Positions 49,401-62,798 of a stretch of DNA of 64,000 nucleotides are shown here, piece after piece; the first letter of the stretch is position 1, and each line of letters starts with the position of its first letter. Both the position numbers and the translations under genes were made by a program. Under the pieces are notes generated by a model. The model was not told the origin of the DNA and searched no databases. It saw nothing but the letters and a program-made list of their open reading frames with translations. The DNA is from Lytechinus pictus (taxonomy: Eukaryota). The DNA is taken from the NCBI RefSeq assembly GCF_037042905.1, contig NC_087257.1, positions 25,234,001-25,298,000 of the forward strand, given 5' to 3'.

Positions 49401-50173
49401 CAAGCCAGCAACACGGCATAATACATGTATTTAGGGGAAAAACAACTTTCTTTTGACAGTCTGTTGAAATGTTCTTCTTTTTCCTTCTAGATCTACATGT
49501 ATGACGTACATGTGATACATGGACATTGTTTTGACATAGTGTGCTCCTTTTTATTTGCAAAGGGATTCTGTGCAAAGTTCTTTCATGATGGTCTATATAA
49601 TAGTGACATTGATGGATTTTCATAGAACTTTGAGGTAGATGGATCCAATCATGAGTTTTTGTAATACTTGGAGCCTGTTCCCCATCATGATCATGGGCCC
49701 ATGGGTAAGAGACTTGTAGAATTTTGCAGAAATGTAATGTTTAGAAAAGCACTTTTCAGTGTGTAAGAACTGTCTGAGCAGCCACACCTAGCTGTACGGC
49801 TGACAGTTTGATGAATGGAAGAGAGGTCACATGAGGTCATCTTGTCTCTTGGCACCTTGACCCCAAACCAGGTCAAAGAGTCATATTGACAGATGGATTT
49901 TGTTTTTGAAGATGCATGATTTCTTCGATTTGCTCAATGATATAATGTGGGCCCCATCCCCTCTTGTTTTCTTTTGGCATGCCCAAGAGTGGCAGTCACT
50001 TTGTTTAAGAAAGAATGCAAGTTTTTTTTTTGTATGAATTGAAACTGTATAATAACATGTAGGCTAACTGTGGGCCTACCATACATCTATCACATGATGT
50101 CCTACATGTACTTGTACTTGTTTCTACCTACACAATAGTCCTACTTGTATGAGAGAGTATGACTATGTTGATG

Positions 50174-50373
50174 TAGTCTGCAGGCACAGACCCCTGGTTT
50201 TCGCAATTTGCATAATGCAGAGTCTGAAGTAGTGAGACTACATGTACATGTAGATTCACTATGTACTAGTACTACTAGCTGTGGCTGGCTCAGACAGTGC
50301 CTTTGACGTCTAGTCTTAACTCTAGACTTGTTATTGGTTAAAGTGCCAAATATGAGTCTGTGTTTGCAGACTA
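50174..50373. mobile_element. Small TAG...CTA element with 9-bp TSD (Academ-like)
   Basis: TAGTCTGCAGGCACAGAC ... GTCTGTGTTTGCAGACTA; TSD ATGTTGATG (50165-50173 / 50374-50382); related ends near 58848 and 60889. Confidence 0.7.
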
Positions 50374-51499
50374 ATGTTGATGTTGGAATGGGAATCCCAA
50401 TTCAGATTACCTTCCAAACCTCCAACATCTAATGTAATTGATACATGTACTGTACGTAGCCCAACTAGTTCCTGGTCTTGTCTTGTCTTTTGTTGAGTCT
50501 GCAGACTTGCTGCACTCTATATTCCCAGGACCATCTTCATTAAAAATTTTGGCGCGCTTTGCAGGGCGCTTTGCTGAAATTAATATCAACCCAACAGCAA
50601 TTTATAGGATTCAAAATCGCCTACAATAGGCTAATGTATTGTCATTGTAGTGTACAATACATTCAGGGAAGTGTAACATCAAATTCAGGTTCACAAGTTG
50701 TTTTACAGAGTTATTCTAGTACTGCCTTATCCTGTTATATCTCACCTCAGAAGACCTCTATGATTTACATGTAAAGCATCCCTTGGTACTTGGTAGGGTC
50801 ACATTCATATTACATATTACATGCATGGAGTAATAGTAGCTCCATGATATATGCATAGAGCTATAGCTCTATGATCTTTGTTTGTCAAGAATATTTGTGC
50901 AGTACCTGGAATATTTCAATGAGCGTGCGACCTCTGGACTCTGACAATTGGGAGATGAGCTTCCACTTCCAGACGACCTACATGTATGGAACATCACTAA
51001 GCAATCATCATGAATGAAACGAAAGGTGTGTACAGTAGGCCTCCAGCGTACCCTGTCCCTGGCATTCATACTATACATGTAATGCCATGTTGTCTACATC
51101 TTTCTGTTCGGTTTGCTGTTAGGCCAAACAGAACATTGTACATGCATGTACTTTGTGTTGTCTTGATATGGGATTCCCCTCGTTATTGAAGCAATATTCA
51201 AGGGGAGAAAACATACAGACCTACCTCAATACCTCATGGGCATTTACATTGTAACATGATACATGTACCTGTCAACAATCTCAGTAAAACTGTATGTACA
51301 TGTGCATGAAGTAGGGCCTTCAGTATAGTAACAAAATCCTAAAAAATGAATGGATACTTGATGATATTGTACATGCATGTGTGGATTAAGAATTTTAGAT
51401 CTTCCCTTACATGTAGGCCTATAGCCTATTCATTGAAAATTAGATTTTATAACATTTCCTCCAAATTTCCTAGTCCATAAATGATTACATACTGTAATG

Positions 51500-51717
51500 C
51501 AGGGGCAGATCCAGGATTTTCCAAGGGGGGGGGGCATATTTTCCCTAGAAAAATTTGACAACATATTCCCATTAAAAATATACATGTATGCTGTAATTTT
51601 CAGGGGGGCACACTATAATACTGACATATTTATTTACATTACAAAAGTTGACTTCATGGCTCTCAAAGGGGGGGGGGGGGGGGTACGGACCGGATGTCCC
51701 CCCTGGATCCGCCACTG
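51500..51717. mobile_element. hAT MITE
   Basis: CAGGGGCAGATCCAGG ... CCTGGATCCGCCACTG; 8-bp TSD CTGTAATG. Confidence 0.85.
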
Positions 51718-54700
51718 CTGTAATGTTGGGGTGCACTCCTGAGAGTCACTTTCATATTAATCATGAAAATAAAATCAATGTCATGTATATAATTGAATTT
51801 ACAAAATCCATTCATTATTTAAGAGATATGGGATTTCCTCCTATCGCGACCGCATTTTGTCAATTTAAACATTAAAAATATATATATTTCCATTTATTTT
51901 ATGAATATACATGTAGAAGTTTGTCTGTACCATTATATCGTTTTTGTTATTTATATTTTCTATTAATTTGTACATATTTTATTCACTTCTTGCATTTATA
52001 AAGTGCATGCGTGGCTACATGTACACTGGGAATTTATGTCAATGACTTTACTACTACCATAGACCTATGCTACTACTGACTGCGTCATCAAGCGTTTACC
52101 CTGTCAACATCAATGACCCCGCTGAGCTAAGCCGTACTAACTCGATAAATTAACTCCCCTCGATTCGATGATGCGTCGTGGAAAATGAGGTTTGCAGTTT
52201 TCCCCTTCAGCTTTCCAAACTTTTAACCTCTTTGTCAGTGTACAAAGTAAGAGACATGTAAAGTGGACGGCAATGCACCAAAATGTAAACGGGAAAGGGT
52301 GTAACTTGTCCGTAATTAGATTAAATTAGAACCGACATTTCTGGTGTTTTGTGGGGTGGTAGAAACTTGGGGACAGAAGAGGTGTTGATGACAGTGAAAG
52401 TTGTGAAACAATGGAGAAAGAACGATGACATGCTGTAAGAATGGTCGTAGAAATCTAATATAGTCTTACTAGAATACTAAGTACACTGTTACTTACAAGT
52501 GACGAAGAAAACTCTGATCAGGCTGATAATTTTTCATTTTTTTAAAATAAATATTTACAACCATGCACGACATCCGTTGGTCTGGACTGGTTTATGTGAG
52601 TAGGCCTACTTGATGGGTTATAGGACAACCCCCACCCCTCCCCCGTCGACTGGGGAGTTGTCCTCGTGGGGGTTGCCCGTTGCCATTTGGAAAAATGTCA
52701 TCGCCCCCCCCCCCCCTCCACAGGGTCCGGAAGCTCACCTGCATGGGGATTTTTCGCATTATTGGGAACCATTGCCATGACAGATTAATGCGACTTCTTG
52801 AGTGGTGACCCCTGACAAGAAAGAAAATAAGGAAATTATTGAATTAATAAAATGAAATAATCGTTTCTAGATACCAGGCGTGAATGCCCGACATAGCACA
52901 TAGTCGCCACATGGATGGAGCACATGAAGGTAAAAACTTTCAGACCAAAGAAGAATGAACACTATACATTTCCCTTTTCTGTGTGGTTTGTTCTTCTTTA
53001 GTCGATTTCAGCATTAGTGTACTGTCATGAGGTGTATCAGCGTTTATGATATTTTTGTGTGCCAAAATCATAAAAATGACAACCCGCTGGCAGGGTGGGC
53101 ACGTTCCTTTTTCCTGTACTGTAATTTCTTTATCGCCTCGCTGCATGTTCGGGAGCGGAGAGAACATTTCCGCTTTGCGCATCTTCGCCGCTGGGATTAC
53201 CTCATTATTAACTCAGCTAATTTGCCAAGAATGCTCCCAGGCAAATTAGTACTGATGTAATGTGATGCTTTACGAGTCTGCGGCTCTTGGTTGGACCATG
53301 ATGTAGCAATTTTTAAAGCAACATCATGTACATGTATACGTGTACAATGTATGAAATCTCTGTGTAACTTTAATAATACACGGGGGGGGGGGGGGGCCTT
53401 GTACACCCCTATGATTTACAAGTGGTAGTCCTACAGAAAAAGGAGAAAGGAGAGGAGATGGGAAGAAAGAATAGCATAAAAAGGCATGAAAAGAACATAC
53501 ATGTAAAAAGGTTTGATTATGTAAATACCCCTATTTTAATTAGCATATAAAAAAATGGCGTCAACTTTAGGTCGTCTTACAAACTTACGAATTTATATAT
53601 GGCCCCTATTAATACGTAAGGCCCGAAAATGAACCAAAATGATAACTTCCACATTTTTCGACAGAATTTTGCTCGAAATTACACGGACACTTTATATGGG
53701 ATTTCGGGGCCATTATCGTTTAAGTTTCCCTTCATAATCAAATTTTAATTTTTAAGAACCCCATGTATTTAGGCTACATGTACCATGTGTACTGTATATC
53801 TTTTTGGTCTGCATGCATGCACTCTTTACCGGAATAGCTCTGCCAAGAACCTCAAATTTCCGCCACCTATGGAGCGGATTCAGATAAAATGACACACAAA
53901 CAAAATCAAATGTTTCCTGTGAAGAAATTTAATATGGATGATTTCCCCTTGGTAGCCTTTCTGTTATCCTTTTCTGAGAAGAGATGCTGAGTGATGTTCT
54001 ATGGGCTAATAAAGATGCTTCGTTTTATTTTGGTGGTGCTTTGCAAGGAAGTCAGGAACTATACAATGCACGATCATCATGGATAAAAAGAGAAGTATCC
54101 GATGGGATGAATGGATTGTTTTTTCATGTTGAAATGAAGTAGATATATACATGTACTTGAAAGATGTTAAGGAAATTTCATTTTCAATTTTTGAAACCAC
54201 GTGTAAATACGAACTGAAATAATGTTCACGTTGTATATTATCATAATTTCCAGGTTCAACGAACTTTATGTGCACTATTCTCTAGTTTACCATAATAAAC
54301 AATAACAATAAAACAATTGCTTATTTGGAGAGTCGGACTCGATATTTGTTTTAGAAATGCTGCCCAAATAACAATACAAACAGCGTGAAATAAATGACAA
54401 GTATAATAGACAACATTACTTTTAGTACATGTACATGTCCTGCTCCGGATCTTCTGCATGGGCACCATTGCTTAAAAATAATGTCAGGTACCACAAAATA
54501 TCGATATTTCCATGAATGGTGTAACATGTACCATGCACATGCAGGAAGTATATCGTGTCGTCACGGTCGTAACCATTCTGGCCATGATCTTGAAGTAGCT
54601 TCTGTATTGACCAACAATAAAACGGATGTTTTGAGCCGGAAATATGATATTAATACTTCTGCTTCCTGAGGGAGGAGTTGAAAACTCAGGTCTGGATGCA

Positions 54701-56332
54701 AAAATTGGAAATCGGAACATGGAAAACTTTATTCTGTAGAATTACAATGTATAGTACATCGATGCAACAAAATAGGTCTACATTTTTGTCTGAATTGTTG
54801 TGCCTGACTTGCTACTGACTCTCCTTTGAGCATGGATGTATTTATTATTTACATGTATGCTTGCTTTGATTACATTTACATGTACATGTAATTCATCGTG
54901 AAGATATAAAATGAAAATTGTTCGTTGTGTAATGTTCTTGTTACTATTTTTATTCTTTGTTATTCTGAAATGAAGCATATAAAGGTCAGTTGTCAATTTG
55001 GGTCAACAATTCTTGTAGGAAAAAAAAAATTCACAAAAAGCCATGATCTAGTTGACAAGAGAATTGAAATGCGTGACTGAGTAATGCCAAAACTACATGT
55101 ACATGTACATGTACGTTCACCGTCAAGAAGAGTGGTTTGCCTGCATTGCCTTGAAAAAAAAAATCCCTACAGATTAGCGATAAATGCTAATCGGCTTGGT
55201 GGTTTTAGGTCGTTGACTGTGATTTTAATCCATCTATCATATTTGGAAGACCACAAAACCCAAACAAGGTACATTGTACATGTAGGTGATAACGTCAGCC
55301 TTTGAGTGTTTAGGCCCTATCATGATTACGTGTATATATAGTATATACTGACAATAACTATTAAAAAAAATCCTATTTTGTATCAGACTTGTGTGTCATT
55401 TTCGCGAGGTTTATACGCCAAAGTGTCTGTCTTTTGGAGTATGGAAAACCAAAGTTTGTGGAATTTATATTTCCATTAAGGGAATGAACTAGCAAAAGAT
55501 TTTCCAGAGTAATTTGTGGGGGGGGGGGGGGGGGGTACATGTAAATGTAAAATTTCACTCAGAATAAGTGTTTTGGAAAGGATATAGAAGTAATTGTGTG
55601 TATTTTGAATTATTTCTATGATAATGGGTCAAAGTATTCGTTTTCATTCTCAGTTTACTCTTCATTTAGATGAACTTTGAAATTTGAACTCTATAGGGTT
55701 TTTTCTTCTTCCAAAAGTACCATTGATGCTATGGAACTGTTCAATCTTTACGTGACGTACATGTATGTGGGCCTGTTCAGTAGTTTTCAGTTATGTACCA
55801 TCGAAATATGGTTCCATTTTCTTACATTTATCATAATGGATCTAGTCTTCATAGCGCAACATGATACAACAAATCTTTGCAGGGATGTATGAAGCGCCAC
55901 TTATCATAATCCACTTTCTGTGTGATTAACCCACTTTCTTGTCAGCAGGTAAATCCCCAGAACGGGTGAACGTCGTGAAGGAACCCCATTCATGTGAGCT
56001 TTCTGAGGCTTGGGAGACGCATGAGTCATGCGTGACGAGGTCATGTTTACACTCAAGAATAAAACATTTAAAATATCCAAATGGGAACACTAATTATTGT
56101 TTTTACTGGAACTTGGACTTGACAAACTGAGGGTAAAATAAAATAGTATCACAATGAAGGAAAAACAAATGCAATCTGGAGACCCACTTAAAAAATCAAA
56201 CAAAAGCGAAACAACTACATATTTCACAATTTTCGCATTACTGTCGACTAAAATGTTGTATAACATATTCGCAAAATAACCCCATCAAAACATCGTGATT
56301 TTAGCAAACAAGAATATCCCCAGACCATATAG

Positions 56333-57797
56333 GGGTCATTCCATCTGGATTCACCCAGTGGTTGCACCCGACCGTCTCAGAATTCGTTGTAAATTGGTAC
56401 ACATAAAATTCACCATGGCCCACGCACAAAACAAAAAAATTAGTCCAATTGGTCCGTCGGTTCTCGCGCTATGGCCCGCCCTTTTCTCCTTGTTTTGACA
56501 AAAATGGGCGTGACCCTCAACTTTCAATGGCCACTGCGTCGTAACGTGTTGACCAATTTTCATGAAACAGGTACCATTTATTAGGAAATTCAAAGAGGAA
56601 TCCTAAACATGCATCAAATAATATATTGGAGCGATTTATAAGGTCATGACCTTTGACCTTGAGTTTGACCCCCGGACAAATAATTTTTTAACTTGATTTT
56701 CGTGTATGTTAATTATTTGTATGATATTGACAAAATATGTTAAAACCAATGATGATATTTTATGTCTTCACCTTTTAAAACTCTTCCAAAGATACCATGA
56801 AATTTCACTCTAGTCCCACATACTGTACTAATATTCATGTTAGTAAAAGTGTTTACCAGTTACATGATTTCTTCCAATCTTAAGTTACAGTATGCATGCA
56901 CATGAAAATATATTAAGCTCATCAGTTAACAAATGAAACATTAAACATTTATGCTCATGAATAGGTATCTGTTTAGGCATTTTGATGTTCAGCAATATAT
57001 ATCATATATATATATATATTCTTGTTAGTAAAGTGTTTACTTTTATCATCAAATTGTTGAGTATATGCCTATTTACTAACAAGAATATATATATATATAT
57101 GTATATATATGACATATATTGCTGAACATCAAATTGCCTAAACAGATACCTATTCATGAGCATAAATGTTTAATGTTTCATTTGTGAACTGATGAGCTTA
57201 ATTTCTTTTCATGTGCATGCATACTGTAACTTAAGATTGGAAGAAATCATGTAAATGGTTAACACTTTACTAACATGAATATCAGTATGTAGGACTAGAG
57301 TGAAATTTCATGGTATCTTTGGAAGAGTTTTAAAAGGTGAAGACATAAAATATCATCATTGATTTTAACATATTTTTTCAATATCATACTAATAATTAAC
57401 ATACATGAAAATTAAGTTAAAAATTATTTGTCCGGGGGTCAAACTCAAGGTCAAAGTAAAGGTCAAAGGTCACGACCTTATAAATTGCTCCAATACATTA
57501 TTTGATGCATGTTTTGGATTCCTCTCTGAATTTCCTAATAAATGGTACCTGTTTCATGAAAATTGGTCAACACGTTACGACGCAGTGGCCATTGAAAGTT
57601 GAGGGTCACGCCCATTTTTGTCAAAACAAGGAGAAAAGGGCGGGCCGTAGCGCGAGAACCGACGGACCAATTGGACTAATTTTTTTTGTTTTGTGCGTGG
57701 GCCATGGTGAATTTTATGTGTACCAATTTACAACGAATTCCGAGAGGGTCGGGTGCAAAATTGCACATTCATTGGGTGAATTGGCATGGAATGACCC
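56333..57797. mobile_element. 1.46-kb foldback element, Sola2-like termini
   Basis: GGGTCATTCCAT ... ATGGAATGACCC; 4-bp TSD ATAG; long near-identical inverted arms centred near 57050. Confidence 0.85.
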
Positions 57798-60572
57798 ATA
57801 GGCGGGTCTTTTGAATTAAGTAATTTATATTGTAAAGTAAAAATGATATTTCACCCAATAAATTAGAACTGTAAACGATACCTTTGCATCAACCACTGAC
57901 TAAACCATATTACAGCAAGTTGAATTATATTAGCATGTCTGTTAGCCCTGATCATTAAGTCATCACAAATCCGTTCCCTTAATCCCATCAACATTGAATC
58001 ATGCAATGTACTTCTATACAGCACATGACTTACCATAAAAGGTCTGTAATGATTCTGCTCATTTCATAATCTGCCACAATTTCCTGTCAAAATCACGGTT
58101 AATACACGATTGTAATTGTAAAGTTTGAGAAGATCAGCATTTGGAATTGTGATCGCGTGCGGATGACGGTGGATTTAATGGTTTCGGCTCGTAATCCAAT
58201 ATTGTATACTCAATAAATTCTACAAAAATGTTGGATGAATTTGCTGGATCATCTGCCTCAGTTCCTGAAAATTCGTTGTTAAATCCATTAAAGGCATTTT
58301 ATCTATATTCACCCAGAGGCCTATAATACAACAATGTTCCGAACTATATCTTCTAATGTATTTTTTCTTCTGATCTGCATCATATCCTTGAAAGAATAAT
58401 ATATTTGTTTAACCCCTTTGCTTTCATGCCATAGTAATTTCGTATTATAGTTCATTGAAATTTGAACGCTGTTCGATATTCGCGTCACCGGACCGTAATC
58501 GGTTCTTAATCGGTTCGTAATCTGTCCGTATTTCCCCTGTCTGAGACCCGGTACCGTTATCGTCCCGCCTCACACTTTTCCGACTGTCCTACTTCACGAT
58601 CCCTTGTCAAAGATTATGTCAAAGTCAAAGTTAAACCTTCGAAGTAGATTGATTAATACCAAGTTCCCGCTGTCTCGATCCGCTTCACGACTGAAACCGT
58701 GGTCTCAATCGTGGAGTAATCGTATACTGATCGTATCGTATCAGATCAGTCGTGGCAATCGTAATAATTTTTTTTGCGATCAGCTACGGAAAGCCAATCG
58801 TGGCGTTCGTAACAGTTCACAGCGACAATGTGAACGAGGTATTAAAGTAGTCTGCAGGCACAGACTCTGATTGAAACTTTGATCAACAAGTGTGTCTCCA
58901 CGCAAATAATAGCATGTACAAAGCCTTCAGTACACAAGGCATGAGTACAGTAGGCTGCAATTCAGACCGTTTACTCGAGTGAAGGGTTTGCACAGCAGAC
59001 TATATATTGTGGGAAGTCGAGCATGGCGTCATAATTTATAACTGGTAATAATTATTCATGCATTGACTGCACAGTGACACATACATGTACATGTATATAA
59101 ATATGGGAGCCAAAAATATGTTCTTGTAGTTTTAGGAACTACGTTTGGATTTCTCTTTTTACTATGACATCCATAAAGCACAATAATATACATGTACGTG
59201 TACCTTTTATACACAATCTTTATATCTTTATAAAATATGCTATTGCAATTATTATTATCCCCATATAAAAAACAATGGTAGCTATAGACTCGTTTGAATC
59301 TTATGAATAGAAGTTTTAAAAAAGACAACAACAAGAGGAAAATAACAATTACGCCCCACCCACATACTTCAAAACTGAACAATAATAATCTGCATAGTTC
59401 ATGTTTCGAACAGAAGTCGATTTGTAAATGTAATTGTTATGGCAAAGTTTGCATTCAAACATGACCTTAAAACGAGAAAGTATTGTCTAATTGCATTTCA
59501 CAAATCAAAAACATGTTTTTGAAATTCATCCCTCAATCATAGTTATTTTGGAATGAAAAAACAAACATCTTCCACATTTTCTGCAAAACAAGAGACTTCG
59601 CTCTGTCAGTGCTCAATACAAAATACAACTCCTCCAAACAAACAACCGACGTTTTTACTTTTCCATGGGGGTTTGCGGGAAGAAGTACAGAAGTGTCAAA
59701 GTGTGTGTAAAAAGATGTTAAAAACGGAGATATTGTGTTCAATCATAACTCCTAAATTGGACGGAAACATCGATTAAGTTGACGGTTTTAAGAGTGCTAA
59801 TATCCGGCAATGGAATATAAAAAATTACTTGTCGCCGATTGGGCATTCTCGGGTCAGTCAACATGGTCAAGGCTTGTGTCCCACTTTCTTCTTAGAATAT
59901 TAAAAAATATGAAAAATAAAATCTCGAAAATATTTGGCTCTATTTTGTAATCCTGTTGTTTGTTATTGTTTTGTAAATGTTCTTAAGTGTACATGCTCCG
60001 GTGTTGATATATTGTTGAGATATTTTCGTTCATATCATCAGAATTATTAATCATATTAGGAAATCAATATTAAATCATAAAGAATACAATTATTAAATGG
60101 ACATGCAGTGTAATTTGGCCTTGCAACGCTATAAAAGAAAGCAAACCAAATTCTCGATTATTATGGGTTTTTTTTTACCTGCGAGCTCCAGGATGTTGTA
60201 CAATGAAATTCCCCATATTTTTTTTGGTACTACATTTATGATTGATTTGTTATACTATAATGTACACGAAACACGAGACACAGTGTGGTATACTGTAGGC
60301 CTATCATAAATACATAGGCCTATGTACATACATGTAGATCCTTGATTATGAATGAAATATAATATTCTCTTTCAAAACAACGTGACGGGGATTCCCTATT
60401 GCACTTTCACAATCGAAGTCGATCACTTATAGTTTTAAACACCCTGAACTTTGACACCCAAAACTTCCCTTTCAAAAACCTACATGAATACATGTAATCA
60501 CGATCATGGTATAGAGACCAGTAGTGGTGGTTCGGGTATTCCCCCATTCACATTCTCGCTTTGCACCTCTTA

Positions 60573-60813
60573 AGGACGCACCATTAGATACCCAGGGGGG
60601 GGGGGGGGCTGGAAGTTTGGGTTTTTTTCCCTTCTTTGAATAAAGTTTTTTTCCTTAGTCCCTAGAGACAAGCCCCCCCCCTTTCAGATGATTTGTCAGT
60701 GGACCAAGTTTTTTTTAACTTTTTTTTTTGCTCATATAGCAAGTCAAGTCAAGTTAAGTCAAATTTTTTTTGGAGGGAACTTCCAGCCCCCTGGATATCT
60801 AATGGTGCGTCTC
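60573..60813. mobile_element. Harbinger/Tourist-like MITE
   Basis: TTA|AGGACGCACCATTAGATA ... TATCTAATGGTGCGTCTC|TTA. Confidence 0.75.
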
Positions 60814-62588
60814 TTAGCCTATACTTTAATCACGGACCCTATATACTACGAAGGTATACATGTTATAATTTAGCCTCTATGATTTGACCTAGTCTGCAGA
60901 CACAGACCCTGATTGACACTTTGTTCATCAAGTGGGTCTCAACGCAAAGACTATCACATATAAAACTGTGTTTACAAATACATGTAGAATAAAATCCCAA
61001 CATTGCACAGTGTAAATAAGGTACGAAAAGAGTAATTATGAACTTATGAAAAGAGTAATTTCGATATAAGAATACAAGACCCACTCAAAATGTCAAAGAA
61101 TATTTGCTCTGCATCTGGAAGATGTGATTAACACAAAAGATTTGAAAGCGAGACCTTGTCCAGGACAATGGTCTCTATTATAGTAATCTGAATGAGACAT
61201 TATGCCTACCTCCTTATCCCCCCTCTTCAATGACTCACTGTTCATTTTGTCTCGAGTATTTCCTCTCTTGAAACTGGAAATGCACACAGGCCTTCTGTAT
61301 TCGTCATTACCCCGATCGCCGGTAGTTTCCGTCCAAGAATAAAGACATCAAAGTAATATAATGGATTATTATTACACGATTTTATACGATATTGGACATG
61401 ATACCCAGGATGCCAAGGCGTTATAGGAAGTTATAACCCCCGTCATTACTGACATTAGTCATTACTATCAACTGCACTTTGCACTGCGCATGTTCCACTC
61501 CCGGGGAATATTACTTTCCTGACCTGATAGCCCTGGTAAATTTCGGTTGCATTCAGCCATGAGATACAGTCATGTAGGTCTGCGTTATGTAAATGTACAT
61601 GTAGGCCTACTCAGTTTAAACCTTGTCCGGCAGGGATATGTCATTTATTTTGTTTCAATGATGAAATAAAACATTGTAATAATCATACAGGTTTACTGAA
61701 AACATACAAGCTAATTGAAAGGATTTATGTGGAAAATTGAATGATATCGTCTACAATAATATAGGCCGAATGGCCGACCAAAAATCAGTGCCAAATGAAT
61801 GTGGTCTTGAACCAACCACTAGCTATTGGAGAGGGTAGCCCTATACGTAGTTTCAACAAGTGTCAAAATGCCTTTCACTCGCCACCGCAATGACGTGAGT
61901 GATATATCGAGATTCATTTTAATAAGCTCCCCAAGGGACGAGGAATTATGCTCTAGTAGACAAATGCTCAACTTCACAATATACATGTAACGCAGTTACA
62001 CGAAGGGTAGAAGGGGCGGCAAAATAACATGTTGGGTGAATAGGCCGATCAGAATAATTTCATCACATTGTAGACGATTGTATATAGCCTTCCCTTATTA
62101 TCCTGAAACAGTGTAATGTTACGAGTTTCATGCACTCTAAATTAACTGAAATGTTGAATTAACAATTTAAAAGGGTTGGATTAGCGACAACCTTTTCTAA
62201 ATGTTGCATTTGCCACTTTCGACCAACATTTAAGTTGTTGGATTCAACTTTTATACGCAAGGTTGGATATAACATGATTTTGGAAAAATGGTGATTTAAG
62301 TGCTTGGCGTGTGTACATGTAGCTTGCTATTGTGAGCTTGCTGCGCGGTTGCAAGTTTTGTAATAAAATAAAGACAAAACAATAGAAATCACATGACAAA
62401 CAGTGGCGTACCTAGGATAAGGCATATAGGGCATATAATAGCATGATATATGTATTTTCACTGATAATAAAACCACATTGGAAACCAAAATGTCATTGTC
62501 GTTAATGATGCTTACGAAGTTACATGTACATGTATGTCAGTGGCCATGTATTACTATATTCCTTCTCACTCCCTCCTTTCAAATAATA

Positions 62589-62798
62589 TGTGTGTGTGTG
62601 TGTGTGTGTGTTCGTGTGTGTGTGTGTCTATTTGAGTTTTGTCAGACGTGTATCAATCAGAGATTATTTACGTATGGGACCGACCTTTAACGTCACCATC
62701 CGAAAGACGTGACCAGCCGGGCTCGAACCTCGAACCTCCGCATCAATTTGTAACTTCCCCACATAGCTTGGATTACAGGCGCACGCCACAACGCCCAG
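62589..62798 (-). mobile_element. SINE with 7SL-RNA/Alu-like head, B-box, Deu/Nin-like core and (CA)n tail
   Basis: Minus strand: CTGGGCGTTGTGGCGTGCGCCTGTAATCCAAGCTA (62798-62764), GGTTCGAGCCC (62729-62719), CGTCTTTCGGATGGTGACGTTAAAGGTCGGTCCC (62709-62676), (CA)n (62626-62589). Confidence 0.75.

Noticed and set aside
58075-58845. Complete DNA transposon
   Set aside because: The text is repeat-like with one TIR-like end (tgtgaacgaggta), but no matching left TIR or TSD could be placed.
62764-62798. Human Alu contamination or a functional 7SL RNA gene
   Set aside because: The similarity is mainly confined to about 35-45 nt. It continues into a non-Alu core and a (CA)n tail within host intron sequence, with no S-domain, Alu dimer or poly(A).
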